Shown here: in pieces, positions 7,845 through 17,105 of the stretch
Numbering within the stretch: the stretch's first letter is position 1
Layout of the letters: each line of letters starts with the position of its first letter
DNA from: a virus
Lineage: Duplodnaviria; Caudoviricetes
Length of the DNA stretch: 36,047 bases
IMG/VR virus record: IMGVR_UViG_3300016666_000422
Span: 1-36,047 of that record
Direction: 5' to 3' (one strand)
Notes under the pieces: model-generated
Databases searched by the model: none
What the model was told of the DNA's origin: nothing
What the model saw: only the letters and a program-made list of their open reading frames with translations
Made by a program: the position numbers and the translations under genes

Positions 7845-8879
7845 ATGCGCAACGACACACGAAAACTCTTTACTGGCTACCTTGGCCAAGTGGCCAAACT
7901 CAATGGCGTCGAGTCTGCCGGCGCCACGTTTAACGTCGACCCGAGCGTCCAGCAAAAGCTCGAAACCAAGATTCAGGAGTCGAGCGAGTTTCTCGGCAAA
8001 ATCAACGTCATCGGCGTTGATGAACAGGAAGGCGAAAAGGTCGGTTTGGGCGTCGGCAGCACTATTGCCGGCCGCACCAATACCAACGTAAAAGCCCGCG
8101 AACCCCGCAGCATCGGCACCCTATCAAGCGACAAGTACAAAGCCGAGAAAACCGACTTCGACACCTTTGTCACCTATCGCCAGCTCGATGCCTGGGCCAA
8201 GTTCCCGGACTTCCAGACGCGTCTGTCGGGTGCCATAGCCCAACGCCAAGCCCTGGACCGCATTCAAATCGGCTTCTACGGCGTCAAAGCAGCTGAACAA
8301 ACCGACCGCATCGAAAACCCGCTGTTGGAAGACGTCAACATCGGCTGGCTTGAGCAGTACCGCGTGCATGCCCCCGACCGCGTGCTTCAGGAAGGTGCCG
8401 AGAAAGGCAAAATCCGCATCGGTAAAAACGGCGACTTCAAAAACATAGACGCGCTGGTATATGACGCCATTCAGTTGCTCGACCCGTGGTACCGCCGTAA
8501 TCCGGGCCTGGTAGTACTGACCGGACGCGAACTGGTGCATGACAAATTCCTGGCCTTGGTCAACAGAGAACAGGACGCCACCAACACCCTGGCCAGCGAC
8601 CTGATCATCTCGCAACGCCGTGTTGGCGGGCTGCCGCTGTACGAAGTGCCTTACATGCCCGAAGGCGCCGTGTTGATCACCACCTTCGCCAACCTGTCGG
8701 TGTACTGGCAGCTCATGGCACGCCGCCGCTACCTGAAAGAAGAGCCGGAATGGAACCGCATCAGCAACTACGAATCGTCGAATGACGCCTACGTGGTTGA
8801 GGACTACGGCCTTGGTTGCTTGCTGGAAAACATCATCTCAGTGGATTCCGCTGAATCTGATCCAGATACCGAGGGTTAA
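7845..8879 (+). CDS. gpN: Major capsid protein (P2 gpN)
   Basis: LDAWAKFPDFQ, ALDRIQIGF, NPLLEDVNIGWL, YESSNDAYVVEDY. Confidence 0.96.
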   Translation: MRNDTRKLFTGYLGQVAKLNGVESAGATFNVDPSVQQKLETKIQESSEFLGKINVIGVDEQEGEKVGLGVGSTIAGRTNTNVKAREPRSIGTLSSDKYKAEKTDFDTFVTYRQLDAWAKFPDFQTRLSGAIAQRQALDRIQIGFYGVKAAEQTDRIENPLLEDVNIGWLEQYRVHAPDRVLQEGAEKGKIRIGKNGDFKNIDALVYDAIQLLDPWYRRNPGLVVLTGRELVHDKFLALVNREQDATNTLASDLIISQRRVGGLPLYEVPYMPEGAVLITTFANLSVYWQLMARRRYLKEEPEWNRISNYESSNDAYVVEDYGLGCLLENIISVDSAESDPDTEG

Positions 8880-8881
8880 TC

Positions 8882-9583
8882 ATGGCCCTCAGTCTTGCCC
8901 AGGCCCACCAACGCCGCGCCCGTGCGGCGATGGAGTCGGCGAAAACCGCGCCCCTGCAATCAATGGCGGGCGCCACCGCCTATGAGCATCAACTCAACCA
9001 ACTGCTGCAGGACCGGCTGCGCTTGAAGTCGATCCAGTCCAACGAAGGCAAAGCCGCGCTAAAGCTGCAGCTGCTGCCCGAATACATCCCCTACGTCGAG
9101 GGCGTGCTTGAAGCCGGTAACGGCGCGCAGGACGAAGTCATGACCACCGTCATGGTTTGGCGGATCGATGCCGGCGACTACTCGGGCGCACTGGATCTCG
9201 CGACCTATGTGCTCAAGTACAAACTGGTGATGCCAGACCGATTTGAACGCACCACCGGTTGTTTGGTGGCCGAGGAGATTGCCAGCGCCGCACTCAAGGC
9301 ACAAAAGGCCGGCGATGACAGTTTTGACCGTAACGTGCTGCACCGCACCCTCGAAATGACCGAAGACCAAGACATGCCCGATCAGGCCCGCGCCAAGCTC
9401 TATCTGGCGTCAGGGCGCGCCACGCTGGTCGGCATCGATGCTGAGTCGAAAGGCCAAGCGGGCCAGTTAGAAGCTGGGATTGATCTGCTCAAACGAGCCA
9501 TTGAGCTGCACGACGGCTGCGGCGGCAAAAAGGATCTGGATAGCGCCGAGCGCCTTCTGAAAAAACACACGGCGCTAGCCTAA
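8882..9583 (+). CDS. gpM: Terminase endonuclease (small) subunit (P2 gpM)
   Basis: YIPYVEGVL, VMVWRIDAGDY, DMPDQARAKL; synteny. Confidence 0.93.
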   Translation: MALSLAQAHQRRARAAMESAKTAPLQSMAGATAYEHQLNQLLQDRLRLKSIQSNEGKAALKLQLLPEYIPYVEGVLEAGNGAQDEVMTTVMVWRIDAGDYSGALDLATYVLKYKLVMPDRFERTTGCLVAEEIASAALKAQKAGDDSFDRNVLHRTLEMTEDQDMPDQARAKLYLASGRATLVGIDAESKGQAGQLEAGIDLLKRAIELHDGCGGKKDLDSAERLLKKHTALA

Positions 9584-9620
9584 ACAGCTGACGCCGTTAA
9601 CCGAGCGTCCCCACGCACCC

Positions 9621-9685
9621 CGCCGGCTCGGAGCTGAACAGGTCCTCTCAAGGGATACAGCCCTGTAATGCTCCGACCACCGGCG
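9621..9685 (+). other. Long nested stem-loop in the M-L intergenic region
   Basis: CGCCGG/CCGGCG, TCGGAGC/GCTCCGA and ACAGG/CCTGT nested pairings; no U-tract. Confidence 0.55.
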
Positions 9686-9704
9686 ACCTATTTAGAGTTT
9701 GCGC

Positions 9705-10166
9705 ATGAGCGGATTCGTAGCCAGCGGTAGCACACCCAGCGGCCATATCAACACCCACCCGTTCTGGCCGTCCATCGACCTGGACGCGCTGCGCGCCACC
9801 TTGCGCATTGACGCCAGTGTCACCCCGGCCCGACTGGAAACCGCGTGCATCACCGCCGCCATCAACCTCAACCGCGAACTGAAAGACTGGCGCGCCATTC
9901 AACAAGCTGCGGGGTATAGCGAATTGACCCAGGTGCCTGCCGAGCAGGTGCAGCAGATCTCAGTGTTGGTCCACCTGTATCGCCGCGCCATTGACGCCGC
10001 TACAGGCGCCGAAGTCAGCGAGCGCTACCGCTCCTACGACAGCACCAACAGCGGCAACAAAAACGCCGAAGAACTGACCCCCAGCATCGACGACTACCGC
10101 CGCGACCTGCGCTGGGCCGTGCGCGACTTTCTCGGCATCAACCGCAGCACCGTGGAGTTGATCTGA
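9705..10166 (+). CDS. gpL: Head completion/stabilization protein (P2 gpL)
   Basis: FWPSIDL, LYRRAI, ERYRSYDST, RWAVRDFLG...TVELI. Confidence 0.92.
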   Translation: MSGFVASGSTPSGHINTHPFWPSIDLDALRATLRIDASVTPARLETACITAAINLNRELKDWRAIQQAAGYSELTQVPAEQVQQISVLVHLYRRAIDAATGAEVSERYRSYDSTNSGNKNAEELTPSIDDYRRDLRWAVRDFLGINRSTVELI

Positions 10167-10378
10167 TGAGCACCACCGTTCGCGCCCAGCAACACGACAC
10201 GGTCGACGCCCTGTGCTGGCGTCATTACGGACGAACAGCAGGCGTGACCGAGGCGGTACTTGAAGCCAACCCCGGTCTAGCGGAGCACGGGCCGTTTCTG
10301 CCCCACGGCACTCTCGTCAACCTGCCCGACGCCCAACCCGCTGCGCCTCAACGGCACATGGTGAACCTATGGGACTGA
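10166..10378 (+). CDS. gpX: Tail protein X (LysM-like, P2 gpX)
   Basis: DTVDALCWRHYGRT...VLEANPGLA...VNLWD. Confidence 0.95.
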   Translation: MSTTVRAQQHDTVDALCWRHYGRTAGVTEAVLEANPGLAEHGPFLPHGTLVNLPDAQPAAPQRHMVNLWD

Positions 10379-10428
10379 ACCGCAGCAACACCTTAAACCC
10401 ACGCCCTTTGGACAAAGGAAAACACCCC

Positions 10429-10743
10429 ATGCCTGAACGTCCCGACACCTGGGCCTGGCTCGCCACCTGGCTTGAGCAGAACTGGCCGACGCTTTATGCC
10501 GCAGCCCTGGCTTTGATCATTGCCGCCCTGCGGGTGATGTATGGCGGCGGCACATTGCGGCGCGTGTTGATTGAGGCACCGCTGTGCGGCGCCCTGGCAC
10601 TCACCGCCAGCCACGGCCTGGCGCTGATCGGCGTGCCGATTACCACCGCCCCGTTTTTCGGCGGTGTGATCGGTTTGCTTGGTGTGGAAGGCACTCGCGC
10701 TGCGGCCAGGAAGTTTTTCATACAAAAGGTAGAACAGTCATGA
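10429..10743 (+). CDS. Holin (lambda-family-like)
   Basis: AAAGGA RBS before ATG 10429; 2-3 TM segments, GGVIGLLGVE; upstream of endolysin. Confidence 0.88.
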   Translation: MPERPDTWAWLATWLEQNWPTLYAAALALIIAALRVMYGGGTLRRVLIEAPLCGALALTASHGLALIGVPITTAPFFGGVIGLLGVEGTRAAARKFFIQKVEQS

Positions 10744-11582
10744 ACACACTGCGCCACGGCGACCGCTCGCAAGCGGTGCGCATCCTGCAAACCAATCTCA
10801 ACAAGCATGGCGCCAAGCTCAACGCCGACGGCTCATACGGCGTCCTGACCGAAGGCTCTGTGCGCGCCTATCAGTTGAAAATCGGTCTGGTGGCCGACGG
10901 TGTGGCTGGCAGCAAAACCCTGAGCAGCCTGGCCGGTGGCGATTGCCAGCGACTACTGAAAAACCAAGATCTGGTTAACGCCGCTCAGCGCCTCGACGTA
11001 CCGCTGGCCAGCGTCTACGCAGTCAATGAAGTGGAGTCCAACGGCAGGGGCTTTCTCGACAACGGCAAACCGGTGGTCCTGTTTGAACGGCACATAATGT
11101 ATCGCCAGCTGGCCACCCTGCGCCAGAAAGGTGACGACCCGGCCCAGCTCAAGCAGCACGCCGACGAACTGGCCGCCTTGAACCCCGCCATCGTCAATCC
11201 CAAACCCGGCGGTTATGCCGGTGGCAGCGCCGAACACCAGCGCCTGAGCCATGCGCGTCTGATTGACGACAACGCAGCCCTTGAGTCCGCCTCCTGGGGC
11301 GCGTTCCAGATCATGGGCTTTCACTGGCAGCGCCTGGGCTATGCCAGCGTGCAAGCCTTTGTCGTCGCCATGAGCGCCGACGAGTCGCAGCAGTTCGACG
11401 CCTTTGTGCGCTTTATCGAAACCGACCCGGCGCTGCACAAAGCTCTCAAGGCGCGTAAATGGGCCGACTTCGCCAAGCTCTACAACGGCCCGAACTACCA
11501 GCGCAATTTGTACGACATCAAACTGCAACGGGCCTTTGAACGGCATGCAGACTGCGAGTGTGGTCAGGCGGTGACGGCATGA
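10740..11582 (+). CDS. Endolysin: peptidoglycan-binding domain plus N-acetylmuramidase (DUF3380-type)
   Basis: LRHGDRS...ADGVAGSKT PG-binding; VESNGRGF, LFERH, ASWGAFQIMGF, YNGP; start at ATGA overlap 10740. Confidence 0.92.
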   Translation: MNTLRHGDRSQAVRILQTNLNKHGAKLNADGSYGVLTEGSVRAYQLKIGLVADGVAGSKTLSSLAGGDCQRLLKNQDLVNAAQRLDVPLASVYAVNEVESNGRGFLDNGKPVVLFERHIMYRQLATLRQKGDDPAQLKQHADELAALNPAIVNPKPGGYAGGSAEHQRLSHARLIDDNAALESASWGAFQIMGFHWQRLGYASVQAFVVAMSADESQQFDAFVRFIETDPALHKALKARKWADFAKLYNGPNYQRNLYDIKLQRAFERHADCECGQAVTA

Positions 11583-11785
11583 TCGATCTTGATGAAGTCC
11601 GCACCCTGCGCGTGCAAGACGGCGACCTGCTGGTGGTGCCGCACAACACCGAAACCGAGGGTATCCATGACCTGATCGAGGCGCTGCGGCATGTACAGCC
11701 CGATGCACTGGTCATCATCATTCGTGGCCCGGTGGAGCATCTGGACATCGACGCCATGAACCAACTGGGCTGGTACCGCGCATGA
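11579..11785 (+). CDS. Small hypothetical lysis-region protein
   Basis: ATGA-coupled to both flanking genes; phage-like codon usage. Confidence 0.7.
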   Translation: MIDLDEVRTLRVQDGDLLVVPHNTETEGIHDLIEALRHVQPDALVIIIRGPVEHLDIDAMNQLGWYRA

Positions 11786-12225
11786 ACTCCCTGAGCCAGA
11801 CGCTGTACTGGCTTGCCCTGCTCGGAGCCTTGGCACTGTTTATCTGGGGTCAGCAACAACGATTCACCGTCGCCAAACAGGCCACGGCACTGGCACAGAC
11901 AGACGCCAAAACCGCCCGTGCAGAGGCCACCCGCAACCTGACAACCGCTACCACCCTGCGCAACACACTGAACCAGGAGCGTCAGGCCCAAAGCCAACTG
12001 CGCAGCCTGCACGACCAGTTGCGCCAAGGCCTGGCCCGGCGCGAGCAACAGATCGAGGTGCTTAAACGTGAAAACACTGTACTGCGTGATTGGGCTGCCC
12101 AGCCTCTGCCTGACGTTGCTCGTCGGTTGCGCGAGCGCCCCGCCCTTACCGGCGCCGACGCTTATCGTCAGTGGCTGTCCGGCAGTGGTGCCGTGCCAAC
12201 TGCCAGCGACACGACCAAGCCATAA
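11782..12225 (+). CDS. lysB: i-spanin LysB
   Basis: N-terminal TM, coiled coil, ENTVLRDWAAQPLPDVARRL. Confidence 0.9.
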   Translation: MNSLSQTLYWLALLGALALFIWGQQQRFTVAKQATALAQTDAKTARAEATRNLTTATTLRNTLNQERQAQSQLRSLHDQLRQGLARREQQIEVLKRENTVLRDWAAQPLPDVARRLRERPALTGADAYRQWLSGSGAVPTASDTTKP

Positions 12226-12325
12226 CGGCGACTTGCTCACCGATCAGGAACGTACCGAAGCCGCATGGGCTGAATGCGCAGACCAAGTCGATATGATCTT
12301 CAAACAGCAGCAGGCCACCCCATGA
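12068..12325 (+). CDS. lysC: o-spanin LysC (Rz1-like lipoprotein), overlapping lysB
   Basis: Lipobox LLVGC, Pro-rich stretch, CPAVVPC, NGDL, AWAECADQVD. Confidence 0.87.
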   Translation: MKTLYCVIGLPSLCLTLLVGCASAPPLPAPTLIVSGCPAVVPCQLPATRPSHNGDLLTDQERTEAAWAECADQVDMIFKQQQATP

Positions 12326-12804
12326 ACAAACCCGACAGCCTTCGCGCCCACTTGCTCGCCACCATCGCCGAACTCAAGCACAACCCCGACCGAATGCTGA
12401 TCTTTATCGACAACGGCAAAGTGCGCTGCACCGCAGCGGCCAGCCTGTCGTTTGAATACAGCTTCGACCTGCAAATCATCCTCACCGACTACGCCGGTCA
12501 CCCCGACAGCGTGATGCTGCCGTTGCTGGGTTGGGTCAGCGTCAACCAGTCCGAACTGCTGGAAAACCTCGACAACTCGGTCCAGGGCATCAAGTTTGAG
12601 GCGGATGTGCTGGACAACAGCAAGGTTGATCTCAGCATTCGATTGCTGCTGACCGAACGCGTGGTCGTAGGCAAGGATGCAGACGGCAACACCACCGTCA
12701 AACACCCTGGCGAACCGCAGCGGGTCGCCAACTACCTCGACCCCGCATGGCGCCCCAGCCGCCTGGGCCTCAACGGCGAATGGATGATCCAAGATGGACA
12801 ATAA
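12322..12804 (+). CDS. gpR: Tail completion protein (P2 gpR)
   Basis: MNKPDSLRAHL, SLSFEYSF, LTERVVV. Confidence 0.92.
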   Translation: MNKPDSLRAHLLATIAELKHNPDRMLIFIDNGKVRCTAAASLSFEYSFDLQIILTDYAGHPDSVMLPLLGWVSVNQSELLENLDNSVQGIKFEADVLDNSKVDLSIRLLLTERVVVGKDADGNTTVKHPGEPQRVANYLDPAWRPSRLGLNGEWMIQDGQ

Positions 12805-13252
12805 CCTGGAAGCACTCGAAGACTGGGCCGGTGTGCTGCTCAGCAAACTGGAACCGGCTGCCCGTAGCAAGCTGGCCCGGTCATTGGCGCAGAAGCTGCG
12901 CCTTAGTCAGCAGCAGCGGGTTAAACAGCAGTGCAACCCTGACGGCAGCACATATGCTGCGCGCAAACCACGGGACTTGAAGGGTAAAAAAGGACGGATC
13001 AAGCGTCAGGCGAAGATGTTCCAGAAATTGCCCAAGACCAGCTATATGAAGGCCAAGGGCGATGCACAGTCGATCATCGTAGGGTTTGCCGGGCGAGTGG
13101 TGCGGATTGCTCGGGTGCATCAGTACGGATTGAAAGACCGGGCTGAAGCTAATGCCCCGGAGGTTCGCTACAAACAGAGGGAGGTTCTGGGCTTTACTTC
13201 GCAGGATTTAGAACTGATTCGAGACGGGCTGCTGGCACACCTTAAACCCTAA
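12794..13252 (+). CDS. gpS: Virion morphogenesis/tail completion protein (P2 gpS)
   Basis: QCNPDGSTYAARK, IARVHQYGL, REVLGF. Confidence 0.92.
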   Translation: MDNNLEALEDWAGVLLSKLEPAARSKLARSLAQKLRLSQQQRVKQQCNPDGSTYAARKPRDLKGKKGRIKRQAKMFQKLPKTSYMKAKGDAQSIIVGFAGRVVRIARVHQYGLKDRAEANAPEVRYKQREVLGFTSQDLELIRDGLLAHLKP

Positions 13253-13393
13253 GTTTTGCAATTGCCTATGGGCATGCAGAAGTAGGCTTTGAATAAGCAG
13301 CAGGTCTGTGAATATCGCTCAATCAGGAAAGCCCCCTCCTTTCCTGCCACTAAATGATTACACTGTGCCATCACCCAAGGAGAGGTTCTCGTT

Positions 13394-13609
13394 ATGAAAG
13401 CGCATCACTACCTTTTTGTGTTTAGCGAAAGCAATGACCAGTTCTCGAAAACGATAGCGGGCACATTGGCTGTAGATCACCCTCGAGTGACTCAAGCGAC
13501 TATTAGCAAAGCCCGGGCAGGTCTCTCTGTTTCGGCTTCTGCGGTTCTGTTAAATGTCTCCTATCTTGGGCATATGTCCCTAGCAGATTTCCAGTCTGCG
13601 CCGCAGTAA
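13394..13609 (+). CDS. Small hypothetical moron protein
   Basis: AAGGAGAGG RBS, 71 aa, followed by a terminator. Confidence 0.65.
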   Translation: MKAHHYLFVFSESNDQFSKTIAGTLAVDHPRVTQATISKARAGLSVSASAVLLNVSYLGHMSLADFQSAPQ

Positions 13610-13655
13610 GCTGCCGCAGTTCAAATAACGACATTTTCGTTCAATCGGCCTCGAC

Positions 13656-13682
13656 AAAAAGCCCACCGGAGTGGTTTTTTTT
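13656..13682 (+). terminator. Intrinsic (possibly bidirectional) terminator
   Basis: A5-GCCCAC-CGGA-GTGG-T8. Confidence 0.7.
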
Positions 13683-13773
13683 GTATGCGTTCTTGCTTTA
13701 CCTCGGCGTTGCCGCCTTGTTTCAGTTATGACAGATCGGCACCATACTGGGCTCAATCAAAAGGAATCGCCCC

Positions 13774-14145
13774 ATGAAGTACGTCGTAGCGCTAGCTTTT
13801 TTAGTGACCACCCATTTGGTCTATGCAGAATGTTCGGTGTCGGACATCAAAATAACCTCGATGAAAGCCCAGTTTGTGAAAAAGTGCGACGCCGACGAGT
13901 GCATGGTGATGCAGGGTGTAGCCACCCTAGAAAATAACTGTGCCGAAGCGGTCGGTGTACAGATCCAAATTACCGGTTACGATGCATCAGGATCGCCGGT
14001 TTCAACCAACGAGCTGTGGCCAGCAAGTATTCGTAATATTCCGCCTGGCAGCTACACCTTTTCGCTGAACCAATACCTTGAGTACGACCCGTCAATTACC
14101 AAATTTAGCCTGAAGCCGATTGACGTGAATCGCTGGAAAAAGTGA
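13774..14145 (+). CDS. Secreted Cys-containing protein, FxLYD-like beta-sandwich
   Basis: AAAAGGA RBS; signal peptide ending VYA; four Cys; G.A.L.N...V.I.ITGYDASG.PV pattern. Confidence 0.75.
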   Translation: MKYVVALAFLVTTHLVYAECSVSDIKITSMKAQFVKKCDADECMVMQGVATLENNCAEAVGVQIQITGYDASGSPVSTNELWPASIRNIPPGSYTFSLNQYLEYDPSITKFSLKPIDVNRWKK

Positions 14146-14173
14146 CTGCGAATAACGCCGCTTATGTAAAATC

Positions 14174-14210
14174 GGCCCTTACACTCAAACCGAGCGTGGG
14201 GGCCCTTTTT
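14174..14210 (+). terminator. Intrinsic terminator
   Basis: GGCCCTTACACTC...GAGCGTGGGGGCC stem followed by T5. Confidence 0.6.
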
Positions 14211-14283
14211 GTCCCCCTCCCACCACACTGATACGCCTGCCCCTATACTGTGGCTTTACGCGCTAAGGGCCACTTACTCGAAA

Positions 14284-14800
14284 ATGAGCGCCCCCATGTC
14301 ACTCTCTGATGACATCATCATCCTGACGCACTTGACCCCGACAGCCAAAACGCTTGGTGTCCAACTGGTCGAACGTCTGACCTCTATCAGTGGTTAAGTC
14401 CGGAGCTGGGTACTTTGATTGCCTCGCTGTGCATTCGCCTCGGCGAAGGAAGGGGATACAGCGGTAGCCGTGAACTCTGGCGGCAGGCACAAGGGCTGCA
14501 TTACGGCGGCGTCTTTTCGTCCGGTAATGTGAAACGACTGAAGTTGCAACTGAGCCTGTTGCGCGTGGACCTTCAATGAGTGGACGTTACGGTAACGAAC
14601 GCGAGCCGTTCGCCGCGATTGTTGGCCACACTGCGCCGGAGGATGGCCGCCATCGGGCAAACCGCAGGTGCATCTGGCCAGCGAACAGGCGCAAGGCTAT
14701 GTCGAAGCGCTGGTAGTGCTCAAGGTGCTTGAGCCGGCAGATATTGAAAGCCTATACCTGATAATTTTGAAGTCACTCAGCCACGGGGCAAGGCTCTGCT
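14284..14800 (+). pseudogene. Decayed small-ORF remnants
   Basis: Protein-like fragments in shifting frames (TAKTLGVQLVERL; ELWRQAQGL; LASEQAQGYVEALVVLKVLEPADIESLYL) broken by stops and frameshifts. Confidence 0.35.
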
Positions 14801-15016
14801 GCTGTAATCATAAAAGGGATTCATCAGGATGCGGAGCAACACCTGGTGCATGACATCTGTAGGTGAGCGCCGGACTCAAGCATCTACGCCTAGGTAGAAA
14901 TACCGCGCCTGTTTGCCCCAGGCGCGTGCTGTCTAGTACATCGCCAGACCGACCAGCGAATTGTCGGCATTAAACCGACTGACAACCTAAGTTTAAAACC
15001 AACCACTAACCTCCCA

Positions 15017-16360
15017 CTATGGCAGGCAACAAGACTCAAGCATTTTTTTATAAATCCCAACATAGGGCTCTACAAATAGCTCTCTCGTACGTGCTTTAGG
15101 GAGCCACACCAAACTGCCCTCCAGGCCAAGGCACTTTATCAAGTTCTCAGCGATTTCGACATGCCCGAGTAAAAAAATAGACTTTAAAATATAATCACCA
15201 GCCATAGGTCTACCAATCAACTTCATCACCGCACGCTGATGTTCAATACTGCCCTCCTGCAACCCCTGCCTTAGATCGCGCTCATTATATTCAACATGAC
15301 TAATATATTCCTCAGAATAATTAACCCCATGAGAATCACAAAGAGACTTAAGGCCAATCAGTGCGTCCACTGATATACAACCCTCTAACCTAGGCCAAAT
15401 CAATCTCTCCATCTTGGTATGATGACGGATGCTATCAAGTAACTCATCAGCATTTCCACCCCCCCAACTTTCAATGACAAGCCTTCTATTTAACCTAGAA
15501 TTAACAACATCATTTTTTTCGCACCAAGCACCTAGAAACAGCTTCAACACTTCTATATCCACATATTTCAAAGGTGGAGACATAAGTTTTGGAGCAATAC
15601 CATAACGAGCTTCAATTATATTGATTGCTCCTGCAAACCCCCTATTACTTAGCTTATATTTCTCAACAATACTCTGCTTGAAGTCCTTAAATTCTTGCAA
15701 CACCCAATTACTTCTAGCAGGAACTTTTTCACCTATACTGAGCAAATCCGCCCGCGATAGTTCCTTAGTATGAGTTCCAACCTTATACTCTCGCACTAGC
15801 TCATCGCAGAACGCTTCAAAATTATCAAGCATACATTCTAAACTAACAAACCTATCACTTAGGATTTTTATATTAATTGAGGATACATCAACAAGATGCT
15901 TACTCTGATCATTATCCACAGGATATCTAAAAGTTTGACCTGTAGAATCAATATTAGCCACATCTAAGATACGATCATCTAATATAGCGATAAATAACGA
16001 AAATCGCTTGTCAAGCTTTTGCGACTCTCGCTTTATGTAGCACCATATCCTGCCTAAGTCATGCGAAGACTTAAGATCAAACGCTCCAAGCGGCACCCTA
16101 AAAGCTGATATTTTTTCTAAGTAGCCAACGACTCCTTTAAGCCTCAACTCAATAGAGTGGCGCATATTAAAGCATATAGGGTATACAAACTTATCTACAG
16201 AGTACTCAAATCCCTCATCTTCCAATACACTTTTAATAAGCAAGTTAGCTGCAGAGGAATATCCTTGAGCATAATCAAAATAATCAGGCATGCCGTTTTG
16301 CCCGACACATGCATTAGCCCAATCTGGCTCACCACCCCGAAAAGTTGAATTAACTGACAT
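15017..16360 (-). CDS. HEPN-like domain protein with uncharacterised C-terminal region (candidate anti-phage effector)
   Basis: AT-rich, antisense to the late operon; YPICFNMRHSIELRLK, SHDLGRIW, DSTGQTFRYP match the E-x-x-LK / H-x-L / RYP HEPN pattern; ATG 16360 preferred (track start 16378). Confidence 0.72.
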   Translation of the reverse strand: MSVNSTFRGGEPDWANACVGQNGMPDYFDYAQGYSSAANLLIKSVLEDEGFEYSVDKFVYPICFNMRHSIELRLKGVVGYLEKISAFRVPLGAFDLKSSHDLGRIWCYIKRESQKLDKRFSLFIAILDDRILDVANIDSTGQTFRYPVDNDQSKHLVDVSSINIKILSDRFVSLECMLDNFEAFCDELVREYKVGTHTKELSRADLLSIGEKVPARSNWVLQEFKDFKQSIVEKYKLSNRGFAGAINIIEARYGIAPKLMSPPLKYVDIEVLKLFLGAWCEKNDVVNSRLNRRLVIESWGGGNADELLDSIRHHTKMERLIWPRLEGCISVDALIGLKSLCDSHGVNYSEEYISHVEYNERDLRQGLQEGSIEHQRAVMKLIGRPMAGDYILKSIFLLGHVEIAENLIKCLGLEGSLVWLPKARTRELFVEPYVGIYKKMLESCCLP

Positions 16361-16466
16361 AACCCACTCACACTCCAAACTTTATTCCAACAAGAATTCA
16401 TAATACTTCAACATCAAAAATATTGATCACATCAGTTTTGATGCACTGCAGTTAGTTTTTCACGCC

Positions 16467-16486
16467 TGTAAATTTACACCCTACAA
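16467..16486 (+). promoter_or_regulatory. Ogr-family activator box of the V late promoter
   Basis: TGTA-N11-TACAA upstream of gene V. Confidence 0.7.
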
Positions 16487-16532
16487 CACAGAAACAATGT
16501 AATAAAATACACAGAACTCCACCATCAGTGCC

Positions 16533-17105
16533 ATGAACAACCTCCCCGCCCTCGCCCGCATGATCGAAAATCTCATCCGCTTCGGTACTATTGCCGAAAC
16601 CCAGATGAAACCGCCACGTGTACGTGTAAAAACCGGCGACCTGCTGACCGGCTGGCTACCCTGGATCGCCCTACGCGCTGGGGCCGATACGGACTGGAAC
16701 CCGCCTACCGTCGACGAACAAGTGATCCTGTTCAGCCCCTCTGGCCAGATCGCCAACGGCATCGCCCTCACCGGTATCTACAGCACTGCGCACCCAGCCA
16801 ACGGCGAGCGCGAAGGCCTGCACCGCCGCACTTACCACGACGGCACGGTGATCGAGTACGACAGCGTGGCGCACCATTTAAATGCGGTGTTGGCAGACGG
16901 CGGCACCACGAATCTGGTCAGTACCGGCGGCATCACCCTCGTAGGCCCAATCACCCATCAGGGCGATTACACCCAAACCGGCAATCAAACCGTCACCGGC
17001 AAGGTCACTGTTTCTGAGGATGTGGTGGCCGCTGGCATTAGTCTGGTCAAACACACCCACGGTGGCGTGATGAAAGGCAGCGCGCAAACGGAGACGCCGC
17101 AATGA
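16533..17105 (+). CDS. gpV: Baseplate spike (P2 gpV)
   Basis: LTGWLPW, PPTVDEQV, DGTVIEYD, C-terminal HTH metal-binding motif (HTHGGV). Confidence 0.94.
   Translation: MNNLPALARMIENLIRFGTIAETQMKPPRVRVKTGDLLTGWLPWIALRAGADTDWNPPTVDEQVILFSPSGQIANGIALTGIYSTAHPANGEREGLHRRTYHDGTVIEYDSVAHHLNAVLADGGTTNLVSTGGITLVGPITHQGDYTQTGNQTVTGKVTVSEDVVAAGISLVKHTHGGVMKGSAQTETPQ

Noticed and set aside
10953-12870. Minus-strand ORFs of 208-251 aa across lysis and tail genes
   Set aside because: Antisense shadows of recognised genes.
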